The position numbers and the translations under genes are program-made. The notes under the pieces were generated by a model. It was not told the origin of the DNA. It searched no databases and saw only the letters and a program-made list of their open reading frames with translations. This document shows positions 14,389 to 22,105 of a DNA stretch of 64,000 nt, piece by piece; the stretch's first letter is position 1; each line of letters starts with the position of its first letter. The stretch spans positions 64,956-128,955 of the forward strand of contig JACAFG010000003.1 of assembly GCA_019352195.1 (NCBI GenBank). Reading direction: 5' to 3'. The stretch is from Candidatus Saccharimonadota bacterium (GTDB lineage: Bacteria > Patescibacteriota > Saccharimonadia > UBA4664).

Positions 14389-15009
14389 CTACTTCGCTTT
14401 TTTGACATCGGTGGCAGTTTGAACAACGTGATCGATGAGACCGTACTTTTTGCTTTCATCGGCGCTCATCCAGTAATCGCGGTCGGTGTCGTGGTGGATG
14501 ATGTCGAGCGGCTTGCCGGTGGCGTCGGCCAGGAGCTGATCGAGCGTACCGCGGGCTTTGAGGACTTCACGAGCCGTAATTTCAATATCACTTGGAGTGC
14601 CTTCAAAACCAGCCGAACCCTGATGAATCATGATGCGCGAGTGAGGCAAGCTGTAGCGCTTGCCTTTAGCACCGGCGCCCAGTAGAACCGCGCCCATAGA
14701 GGCGGCCATACCGATACAAATCGTTGAAACGTCGGGCTTTACCAGGTTCATCGTATCCAAAATTGCCAAACCCGCGTAGACGGACCCGCCGGGTGAATTG
14801 ATGTAGAGCTTAATGTCGGCATCTTTGTCTTCGCTCTCGAGAAATAACAGCTGCGCCACAATGAGGTTGGCGACAGTGTCATCAACGCCGGTACCAAGAA
14901 AAATAATCCGCTCTTTAAGCAAGCGAGAATAGATGTCGTAGGCTCGTTCACCGCCGGCGGTCTTTTCGATGACGGTTGGGACCAAGATTGAGTTCATAGG
15001 GTTGGTCAT
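14389..15009 (-). CDS. clpP: ATP-dependent Clp protease proteolytic subunit
   Basis: [25 protein letters not shown]. Confidence 0.97.
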   Translation of the reverse strand: MTNPMNSILVPTVIEKTAGGERAYDIYSRLLKERIIFLGTGVDDTVANLIVAQLLFLESEDKDADIKLYINSPGGSVYAGLAILDTMNLVKPDVSTICIGMAASMGAVLLGAGAKGKRYSLPHSRIMIHQGSAGFEGTPSDIEITAREVLKARGTLDQLLADATGKPLDIIHHDTDRDYWMSADESKKYGLIDHVVQTATDVKKAK

Positions 15010-15049
15010 AGGGGTTATCTCCTAGTAATCGAATTAATCTAAGACTATT

Positions 15050-15076
15050 TTAGCACTCAATGGCATTGAGTGCTAA
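15050..15076. promoter_or_regulatory. CIRCE (HrcA operator) upstream of clpP
   Basis: Exact TTAGCACTC-N9-GAGTGCTAA. Confidence 0.93.
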
Positions 15077-15133
15077 CTATTAATCGCGAGCCTGCTTGGA
15101 CAGCTGTTGCCTTAACCAATCGTTTTGTTTGGA

Positions 15134-15748
15134 TTACAGCTTGACTCCAAGCTTGGTGAGTTGCGCTTTAAGCTGGGCTAGGTTTTCGAACACAATCGGC
15201 CGAACTCCAATAAATTCTACCCCTGCCAGACTTGCCTGACGATCGTCCGTAAAAATCAGCTCGTGCGTGTCGACGCCAAGTTGGCCCGCAAACAGGCGGT
15301 ATAAATTGGGGTCCGGTTTGGCCAAGCCAACGTCGCCTGAGAGCATTACCACATCAAAATGGTTCGGCACACCTGCGGCGCGCATGCCTTCATCCCAAGG
15401 TGTTTCGGGCGCCAAGTTGCTGAGGAGCCCAGTTTTGTAACCTGCCGCACGGACTTTGTCGACAAAGGCAAGCATTTCGGGGTCGACTACGGGCAAATCA
15501 GCGGCAGCAGCGGCAAGGATCTTATCGATCTGGCCTGAGGCGTCTAATTCACTCGCAACGGCCGACCAGAGCTGATCTTTAGTGATGGATCCGACCTGAA
15601 AACCAGCGTTGTGCTGGCCATAAACGGCTTTGACTTCATCGAACGAGTGCCCCGTGATCTCACCCACTACATCAAAAATACTCGGGCCATTCAGGTGAGC
15701 CGTGACACCAATGTAATCGAACCCAACTGCCTTAATATCCATAACCAC
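15134..15748 (-). CDS. HAD-family phosphatase/hydrolase
   Basis: FDYIGV motif I, LLSN, KPDP, TDD. Confidence 0.85.
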   Translation of the reverse strand: MVMDIKAVGFDYIGVTAHLNGPSIFDVVGEITGHSFDEVKAVYGQHNAGFQVGSITKDQLWSAVASELDASGQIDKILAAAAADLPVVDPEMLAFVDKVRAAGYKTGLLSNLAPETPWDEGMRAAGVPNHFDVVMLSGDVGLAKPDPNLYRLFAGQLGVDTHELIFTDDRQASLAGVEFIGVRPIVFENLAQLKAQLTKLGVKL

Positions 15749-15769
15749 CTTTCTGATAGCGTGCAGGTA

Positions 15770-17053
15770 TTACTCGGACTGTTCTGCAAAGCTAACGAGC
15801 TTGCCAATAACCCGGGAGGCCATGAGGTGGTTGTACACCTCTTCGCGCGTCTCCGGGCGATCGAGTTCGGCCCTGGTGGCCTCGTCCTTGTACTGGACCT
15901 TCATGCGCTCGATTTCGTCATCGAGCTCTTTGGCGCTAAGGGTGATGTTTTCCGCGCTGGCAACTTCAGTCAGAATCATGGCCAGACCAACGCGGCGCTC
16001 GGCTTCGGGCTTGAGCTCTTCAGTGAGCTCATCCTCGGTTTTCTTGCTCATCTCGAGATATTTGGGCAAATCGAGGCCACTGTAGGCCAAGTTTTGCTCG
16101 AGCTCGGCGCGCAATCGTCGCAGCTGCTGATCGAGCAGGCTTTCGGGAATGCTAAATTTGGTCTCTTCAAGGAGCTTGGCCAACACTTGCTGCTCGTAGT
16201 CACGTGTGGCGGCTTCGGCTTTTTCACTCGACAGTCGGTCGGCGATATCGGCTTTCATCGCATCAACCGACTTAAATCCGCCAACCTTATCGGCCAGAAC
16301 GCTATCAACGGCGGGCAAAATCAGCTCTTTGACGCTATTGATTTTGACTTTGAAAGTCACAACTTGACCGGCTAACGTGCTCTCGTGATACTCATCGGGG
16401 AAACGAATATCAAAGCTCTTTTCATCACCTTTTTTCATGCCAATGAGCTCGTCTTCAAAGCCGGGAATGAACAGGCCCGAACCAATAACCAGGGTTTGGT
16501 CTTTGGCGGAAGCACCGCGGACTGGCTGGCCGTCTTTCGTACCGTCGAAGTCAAAGACGACTTCATCGTCAGCTTCGATGGCGCGATCGGTGTCGAGGCG
16601 AACTGCCTCGCGGCGGCGTAGGTCGGTAATGGTCTGTTCAACCTCGGCTGGGTCTACGGCAATAACCGGGCGCTTAATACGTATATCCTGGTACTTGGGC
16701 AAGGTGAACTTCGGCATGAGCTCGACCGTGACTTTGTACTCTAGTTCCGTGTAGGGCACAAATTTATCGATCTGAACCTGCGGCGGAGCTACGATCGGCA
16801 GATTTTCAGCTTTTACGGCTTCACTGTAGCTTTCCTGAACCGCGTGCTCTAAGACCTCGTTTTGCACTAAGGCCGAACCTAAATCGCGCTCCACGATATG
16901 ATCCGGCGCTTTACCGGGGCGAAAACCGGCAGCTTTTACCCGCGGACGCAGGTCGTTAAGAACGTGCGCCACAATAGGCTTAAGTTTGGCTTCGTTAAGG
17001 CTAATTGTTAGCTGGGCCTGATTTTCGGTTCGTGAGGTAAGCTTGGTTTCCAT
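15770..17053 (-). CDS. tig: Trigger factor
   Basis: GFRPGKAP signature; FKBP domain FIPGFEDELIG. Confidence 0.96.
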   Translation of the reverse strand: METKLTSRTENQAQLTISLNEAKLKPIVAHVLNDLRPRVKAAGFRPGKAPDHIVERDLGSALVQNEVLEHAVQESYSEAVKAENLPIVAPPQVQIDKFVPYTELEYKVTVELMPKFTLPKYQDIRIKRPVIAVDPAEVEQTITDLRRREAVRLDTDRAIEADDEVVFDFDGTKDGQPVRGASAKDQTLVIGSGLFIPGFEDELIGMKKGDEKSFDIRFPDEYHESTLAGQVVTFKVKINSVKELILPAVDSVLADKVGGFKSVDAMKADIADRLSSEKAEAATRDYEQQVLAKLLEETKFSIPESLLDQQLRRLRAELEQNLAYSGLDLPKYLEMSKKTEDELTEELKPEAERRVGLAMILTEVASAENITLSAKELDDEIERMKVQYKDEATRAELDRPETREEVYNHLMASRVIGKLVSFAEQSE

Positions 17054-17124
17054 AGGCTCCTAGGCTAGCATATCTAGCCGCGATTGTCATCGGTTGCTAC
17101 GTTCGGAACGCCAAAAATACCCTC

Positions 17125-17167
17125 AAACGAAGAACACCCTCGTCAAACCGTAGCCTGACGAGGGTGC
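17125..17167 (-). terminator. Intrinsic terminator ending the non-coding unit
   Basis: caccctcgtca...tgacgagggtg hairpin, then ttcttcgttt on the minus strand. Confidence 0.75.
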
Positions 17168-17289
17168 GAACGAGCTGGACGTGGGGCATTTGAATAGTAA
17201 GAGGCGACACCAGCTTTACCAGGTGGACGCGGTTAAGCCATGGTCGCCGGCTACTGATGTGCTGAGGTGCAGTCTCAACACATCCTCGA

Positions 17290-17366
17290 TCGAGCGGACG
17301 AAGGGACTCGAACCCCCCAACCGCCACTTCGACGAAGTGGTGCTCATCCAATTGAGCTTCATCCGC
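17290..17366 (-). tRNA. tRNA-like element 1 (nominal anticodon GTC; atypical, 3'-CGA)
   Basis: Cloverleaf GCGGATG-AA-GCTC AATTGGAT GAGC-A-CCACT TCGTCGA AGTGG-CGGTTG-GGGGG TTCGAGT CCCTT-CGTCCGC-T-CGA; A8 and C33 are non-canonical. Confidence 0.7.
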
Positions 17367-17454
17367 AGCGAACCTGCGTAGCAAACTTCGAAACGAGAGC
17401 AAATTTGACCGCTAACGCCATTAAAACCGGAGGCAATTAGCAGTAATACGAACT

Positions 17455-17528
17455 TCGTTCCCTCGGCTGGACTTGAACCAGCAACCATCAGGAGCGCAGT
17501 CTGATGCTCTACCTTGAGCTACGAGGGA
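17455..17528 (-). tRNA. tRNA-like element 2 (Asn-like body, nominal anticodon GCG; atypical, 3'-CGA)
   Basis: Cloverleaf TCCCTCG-TA-GCTC AAGGTA GAGC-A-TCAGA CTGCGCT CCTGA-TGGTT-GCTGG TTCAAGT CCAGC-CGAGGGA-A-CGA; C37 and an A31-C39 mismatch. Confidence 0.75.
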
Positions 17529-17691
17529 TAAGCATCGCGAGGATGCTAGGGTAAAACGTTCACCAGACCAACTTCGGTCCTAACGTCTGACTGCGGCCGG
17601 CACCTAATGCGCCTGCTTGTCAGCTTGATCGGGATGTAGTTAGTGTGGATTGATCTTTGTTCGAAACGAGCGTGCGTCGAACAACTCGACT

Positions 17692-17720
17692 ACTTTAGCT
17701 GTTCGGTACTACTTGGTCAA
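17692..17720 (-). promoter_or_regulatory. Sigma70-type promoter for the tRNA-like unit
   Basis: Minus strand TTGACC-17-TAAAGT. Confidence 0.65.
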
Positions 17721-17724
17721 GCCT

Positions 17725-17770
17725 AAAAACGAGAAGACCCCGCCACGGCCCAAGCCGTGACGGGGTCTGG
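17725..17770 (-). terminator. Intrinsic terminator after the microprotein genes
   Basis: agaccccgtcacggc-ttgg-gccgtggcggggtct then tctcgttttt. Confidence 0.85.
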
Positions 17771-17801
17771 TGAACTCGGGCGACGAACTCGATAAGGATC
17801 G

Positions 17802-17918
17802 TCAGATCAGCTTGCAGCGGTGGCCGCGCTTGACCGGCTGACTCGGGCGAGGCAGCGGTTCGCCAATGACACCGCGGCGCGGAGCGCCCGGCTTCTTGCC
17901 AAAATCCCAGAGGACCAT
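17802..17918 (-). CDS. 38-aa microprotein MVLWDFGKKPGAPRRGVIGEPLPRPSQPVKRGHRCKLI
   Basis: Manual translation (below track cutoff); GAAAGG RBS; lies directly before the terminator. Confidence 0.6.
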   Translation of the reverse strand: MVLWDFGKKPGAPRRGVIGEPLPRPSQPVKRGHRCKLI

Positions 17919-17976
17919 TCGGGACGCCTTTCTGGAAGTCGGTGACGACGAGGGTTCTCGTCGCCAGCTGATGCGA

Positions 17977-18177
17977 TCAGTGACCGGTCACTGATCGGTG
18001 CCGTTTGAGCTTGGCGGCGGAGTCGAACTTCTTGCTGCACGACGATTTGGGACACGCGAACGCCACGGCCCGGCCGGTGATGGCACTGGTTCTGACCTTG
18101 GCCGCGGGAGAAATGAGACTTCCCGACGGGCGACCGGAACTGGTTCCCGTGCTTCCGAAGAAATCGAACAATCCCAT
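17977..18177 (-). CDS. 66-aa protein with a classical C2H2 zinc finger
   Basis: AGGGAG RBS; FACPKSSCSKKFDSAAKLKRHRSVTGH = F-x-C-x4-C-x3-F-x5-L-x2-H-x5-H. Confidence 0.75.
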   Translation of the reverse strand: MGLFDFFGSTGTSSGRPSGSLISPAAKVRTSAITGRAVAFACPKSSCSKKFDSAAKLKRHRSVTGH

Positions 18178-18231
18178 GACTTACTCCCTAGAGAATCGGT
18201 GGAAATGCGGAGGGTACTGCGACCTGACGCG

Positions 18232-18435
18232 TCAGACGCGCCAGATACTTCGGGGCTTGGCGCCGTGCGCGGCCGCCAAGTGCTGTTCCAGCCTGATTTT
18301 GTCGATGCGTGCGCTCGTGCCGGGGCCGCCAAAATGCGCGGAACACGGTTGGCGAGGGCACATCTTCGACGGTGGATACGGCGTGTTTGACGCGGGCCGA
18401 AAAATTCCGCCCATCAAGCCGTCGAGCCAATTCAT
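18232..18435 (-). CDS. 67-aa protein with a C2H2-like zinc finger
   Basis: GGGAGG RBS; CPRQPCSAHF...LEQHLAAAH. Confidence 0.7.
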   Translation of the reverse strand: MNWLDGLMGGIFRPASNTPYPPSKMCPRQPCSAHFGGPGTSARIDKIRLEQHLAAAHGAKPRSIWRV

Positions 18436-18456
18436 AAAAACCTCCCGAAAGTAGGA

Positions 18457-18485
18457 GTCCCCGGCGGCGCATGCCGCCGGGGACT
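18457..18485 (-). terminator. Strong hairpin after the hydrolase gene (terminator or stabilizer)
   Basis: gtccccggcggc-gcat-gccgccggggac with a weak U-tract. Confidence 0.6.
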
Positions 18486-18496
18486 TGACTGGGTAC

Positions 18497-21346
18497 TTAC
18501 TTACCGCCGCCCTGCGCCTTCCACGCGTAGGGGTTGGCGAAGCCGATAAGCCCGCCCCAGGTGCTGACGGTACTTATTTTGACTACGTCGCCGCTCTGGG
18601 GGGCGCTAATCATCTTGTCGCCGCCGAGATAGATTCCGACGTGACCGGGATTACCGGGACCACCGTCTGCGCCCGTAAAGAATACCAGGAAACCTGGCTG
18701 GGCGTGAGCTTCGTCGTAGACGCGGTAGTTCGCCATGTTGACCCACTGGTCGTTGGCGACCTGACCGATGTTGGGCATCCCGATCTGTCCGAAGACATAC
18801 CGAGTGAGGCCTGAACAGTCGAAACCGACGATATTGCAGTCGTTCTGGGCACCGTTAGGTCCACAAATGCCCGTGGACGGTCCGTTGACGCCGCCGCCGC
18901 CCCAAGAATAGTTCGTACCGAGCTCGGTTTTGGCAACAGCGATGACCTTAGCAGGATCACCGCCGGCGGCGGTGATCAGTTGACCCAGCACACCACCTTG
19001 ACCGGGGGAACCAGTGTCAGTGGTGCAGTTGGGGTCGGGTGTGGGACCGGAACCTCCACCGCCAAGCGCTTGGGCAAGATGCACTACTTGGTCGGCGTAG
19101 AGCTGGTAGACGTACTGGAACCTAGACGGGTCAGGGTTGCGAATACCCCCGCCGTAGCCGAAATCTTTTTGGCCATTGTACTGCTCGGCGGCTGCTCGCA
19201 GCGCCGCCATATTGGCGCCAACTCTCGCCCCGTCGTGGCCAATGTAGTTGGCCTCAGCGTAGGCTTCATCCGTGAAGTTGTTGATATCCGGATGACCCGG
19301 GACGGCGTAGGCCGCCCAGGCAGCTGGACCGAACTGAAACGGGCCCGTGAACCCGGGTTGTTGCGGCCACTCCCCCGTTGTCCCATAGGTGGCGAGGTGC
19401 CACTCGGGACTGGTGGTGGTCAGACTACTGAAGGCCGAGGGGTTGTGGTTGCTGTCGTAGTACTTGTACTCGAACGTGAAGCCATTTTGCTCAGTTAGAT
19501 ACATCGTCGCGACCGCTACCGGGGGAACATTTTCGGCTTTGGCAGCAGCAATCATGATCGAGCGCAGCGGCTCCGGTACCATCTTGGCATCAAGACCGCC
19601 AGGAATGGCACCCGTGGGACTGGTGAGACTACCCACCACGCCAGTGGTAGTTGTGCTTGGCGACGTGGTGGGAGCCGGCTTAGGCAGGGCTTGGATCAAG
19701 CCAAACTGCCACTTCTCGGCGAGCACGTGGCTATCGTCAACCTTGGTGGTAAGCGACTGAGCCAGTGCAAAATCAGCGGCAAACTCGTCGGACGAGCTGA
19801 CGTTGAACAGGGCTAGATCGGCCCCGGCGTTGAGCGAATCGGCGATGCGCTGACCCACCGGGCCAGTGCCAGCGCCCACCATTCCTCCGAGTTCATCGGT
19901 GATGGCGAGCCCTGAAAAACCGGTGACGTTACGCAGGTACGCGTAGGCGGCTGGACTCTCACTGGCGGGTTTACCGCTTGTGAGACCTGGAACGCTGAGA
20001 TGCCCCACCATAACCGACAAATTCTTGGTGCCGGCGAGGGTCTTAAAGGGCACTTCGTCAACGGTTGCCATTTGGGACTGGGGCGGGGTTACCGGCAAGC
20101 TGGTGTGCGAGTCGGCAGTGGTTCGCCCGTGTCCGGGAAAGTGCTTTACGACCGCCAGAACCTTCTGGCTAGCGAGCCCCGCAATGAAGGGAGCCGCCGC
20201 CCGGGAAATGACGGTCGGACTGCTGGAAATACCCCGGTCATACTGTCCGATGACCGGATTTGACGCCACCTGGAGGTCGACACTGGGCGCGAAGTCCATG
20301 TTGACGCCGGCGGCGGCCAGTCCGGCGCCCAAACGGGCACCTTCCTGACGAGCCAGATCGGCGCTCATGCTGGCGAGATCACTCGCCCGCTTGCCCGTGG
20401 CTAAGCCGAACGAGTTCACGCTCGACGTGTATTCCTGGTCGGTGGCGATAAGCAGCGGCGTCTGGGCGGCGGCCTGGAAGGACTTGATGCCGCTTTTCAG
20501 GTCGGAACTCACTCGTCCAGGGCTACCACTGCTTGGCAGAAAGAACCCGGCGACGTTGGGCTCGAGAGCCAAAATCGCCAGACCAGTAGCCGTATTGGGA
20601 ACGCCCACAAACAAATGCTGGGCGAACTGATCGGCCGTGGTTTCGGTGGAAGCGGTAACAAACGTAACTGCCAGTCCGTTGGCCCGCATGGTCGCCACCG
20701 ATTTGGCATACGCCTTTTGGATGGCGGCTGCCGTTGGGGACGCCGGAAAATCAGCAATCCCCGTGGCCGCGTTATAAGCCGTCTCTTCGGCCGCTTTGCC
20801 GGGGTTCGTTGCCCACAACGTTGGATCAACGTTGTGGGCCGCGTTCACGTAGCGAGGCAGCTCGTAGTTGGTGGCCTGAGCGGCGTTGAGAGCCTGGGCA
20901 ATGGAAATGCCCGCGTTGGCCCCCGAACCCGGGTCATAGAGCTGATCGACTCCGTACGCTCCGGCACGCACCAGCTTGGGACTACTCCCGCTGGTAAGCT
21001 CGGCGCCTACCAGCATAGCGAGGGTGATGTCGGAATTACCCGACGTATCTTCGATGATGGCCTGGACCAGCGTGTCGGTGGCCGGCGCGGTGCCAAGGGT
21101 ACCTGGCGGAATCGCGTTCGGATTGGGACACGCTAGGCCACCGATAGGATCTCCGGACGCCCATTGGAGCAGCGCCGTGGAGACCTGCATGAGGTCGGCG
21201 GGATTACCGCTGAGAGCTCCGGCCACCACTTCGGCGCCGTTGATGACTTTCTGGGCGATCGTAACTATCCCGACCGTAATGAACAGGATGAAAGCGACCA
21301 CGACGGCCGCAATCTTCATTAACAGACTACGGCGCATGCCGCTCAC
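18497..21346 (-). CDS. Membrane-anchored multi-domain peptidoglycan hydrolase (lysozyme-like + GH3/NagZ + lytic transglycosylase-like + NlpC/P60), VirB1-like role
   Basis: N-terminal TM; AYGVDQL; IATDQE, KHFPGHG and ITDEL (GH3); GPFQFGPAAWAAY; GFDCSGL...GHVGIY (NlpC/P60). Confidence 0.85.
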   Translation of the reverse strand: MSGMRRSLLMKIAAVVVAFILFITVGIVTIAQKVINGAEVVAGALSGNPADLMQVSTALLQWASGDPIGGLACPNPNAIPPGTLGTAPATDTLVQAIIEDTSGNSDITLAMLVGAELTSGSSPKLVRAGAYGVDQLYDPGSGANAGISIAQALNAAQATNYELPRYVNAAHNVDPTLWATNPGKAAEETAYNAATGIADFPASPTAAAIQKAYAKSVATMRANGLAVTFVTASTETTADQFAQHLFVGVPNTATGLAILALEPNVAGFFLPSSGSPGRVSSDLKSGIKSFQAAAQTPLLIATDQEYTSSVNSFGLATGKRASDLASMSADLARQEGARLGAGLAAAGVNMDFAPSVDLQVASNPVIGQYDRGISSSPTVISRAAAPFIAGLASQKVLAVVKHFPGHGRTTADSHTSLPVTPPQSQMATVDEVPFKTLAGTKNLSVMVGHLSVPGLTSGKPASESPAAYAYLRNVTGFSGLAITDELGGMVGAGTGPVGQRIADSLNAGADLALFNVSSSDEFAADFALAQSLTTKVDDSHVLAEKWQFGLIQALPKPAPTTSPSTTTTGVVGSLTSPTGAIPGGLDAKMVPEPLRSIMIAAAKAENVPPVAVATMYLTEQNGFTFEYKYYDSNHNPSAFSSLTTTSPEWHLATYGTTGEWPQQPGFTGPFQFGPAAWAAYAVPGHPDINNFTDEAYAEANYIGHDGARVGANMAALRAAAEQYNGQKDFGYGGGIRNPDPSRFQYVYQLYADQVVHLAQALGGGGSGPTPDPNCTTDTGSPGQGGVLGQLITAAGGDPAKVIAVAKTELGTNYSWGGGGVNGPSTGICGPNGAQNDCNIVGFDCSGLTRYVFGQIGMPNIGQVANDQWVNMANYRVYDEAHAQPGFLVFFTGADGGPGNPGHVGIYLGGDKMISAPQSGDVVKISTVSTWGGLIGFANPYAWKAQGGGK

Positions 21347-21349
21347 CTC

Positions 21350-22105
21350 CTAAGGGTGAAACGAAGTTAGAGTCCACGTACCATCGTGGAACTCCCAGTC
21401 GGACACCGGCCAACTGGCCGATGATGGGGTGTTGGTGGCGTAATTCGGCGTCATGAGCACGCGTCCTTTTGCCGACACTTCCTGAAACGACACCGGCATC
21501 TTGACGTTCATCTGATTACCGATGAGGGTGAACTGTGCCACCTTAAGATCGATGGCAGCGTTGGTCATGGACACACCTGCGGCCTTGAGCTTGTTCAGCT
21601 CGGTGCCCATATCGGTACCGAGCGGGAGTCCCTCCAAAACGCTCGGAGGAACCACCGCAGGACCTAGCTTGGCGATCCGCGCCTGACGCGATGCGACATT
21701 GTCGGAGGGCAAAACTTGGTAGTAGGCGGCCACAAAGTTCTCCAGGTTGACCTTCAGCAAACGAGTATCCGGCGTCCCGGCCGGAAAACCGGCCGGGATT
21801 GACGGAATAACGATCGCTGGCAGAGTCGGCACTGTTGTATAGGCCTCGATAGGCGGCACTGGGGCGTCGCTCGCAAGCTCCGCACCCGAACTGACTGCCG
21901 CCGAACTGGCCGGCACCGAACTCGTTTGGGACGTGGACGATGCCGGCACGGTCGAAGCTTGGCTGTGCGACTTACCGAGCAGCGTAATAACAATCACCAC
22001 GGTGAAAACCGCGAAGAGAGCTGCTACAGCGATTCTGCCATACTGCAGCTCTCGCCAGTCGAAACGGCCAGACTGGCGATTGCGCTTGGGCTGCTCGGTG
22101 CTCAT
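21350..22105 (-). CDS. Bitopic membrane protein, VirB8/TcpC-like position
   Basis: ATG at 22105 overlaps the upstream stop (ATGA); one TM, Ser/Pro linker, globular C-terminus. Confidence 0.6.
   Translation of the reverse strand: MSTEQPKRNRQSGRFDWRELQYGRIAVAALFAVFTVVIVITLLGKSHSQASTVPASSTSQTSSVPASSAAVSSGAELASDAPVPPIEAYTTVPTLPAIVIPSIPAGFPAGTPDTRLLKVNLENFVAAYYQVLPSDNVASRQARIAKLGPAVVPPSVLEGLPLGTDMGTELNKLKAAGVSMTNAAIDLKVAQFTLIGNQMNVKMPVSFQEVSAKGRVLMTPNYATNTPSSASWPVSDWEFHDGTWTLTSFHP

Larger units (their letters stand above)
17125..17686 (-). ncRNA. Putative ~560-nt structured non-coding transcript with two tRNA-like domains
   Basis: Bounded by a sigma70-type promoter and a terminator; several stems with G-U pairs on the minus strand; no credible ORF. 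Confidence 0.55.

Noticed and set aside
17290-17314. tRNA-like 1 as a second attB (19/25 identity to the tRNA-Leu 3' end)
   Set aside because: Similarity is mostly generic T-arm/acceptor sequence; core TGGT is altered; no adjacent integrase or partner repeat
17097-17488. Track ORFs across the tRNA-like region
   Set aside because: No RBS, not protein-like, and overlapping the cloverleaves
17290-17528. Calling the two cloverleaves ordinary tRNA-Asp(GTC) and tRNA-Arg(GCG)
   Set aside because: C33/A8 in one and C37 plus a stem mismatch in the other; bodies and discriminators do not fit the nominal anticodons; no CCA
17977-18177. N-myristoylation signal in MGLFDFFGS
   Set aside because: Lacks Ser/Thr at position 6; MGLFD-type amphipathic starts are common in bacteria
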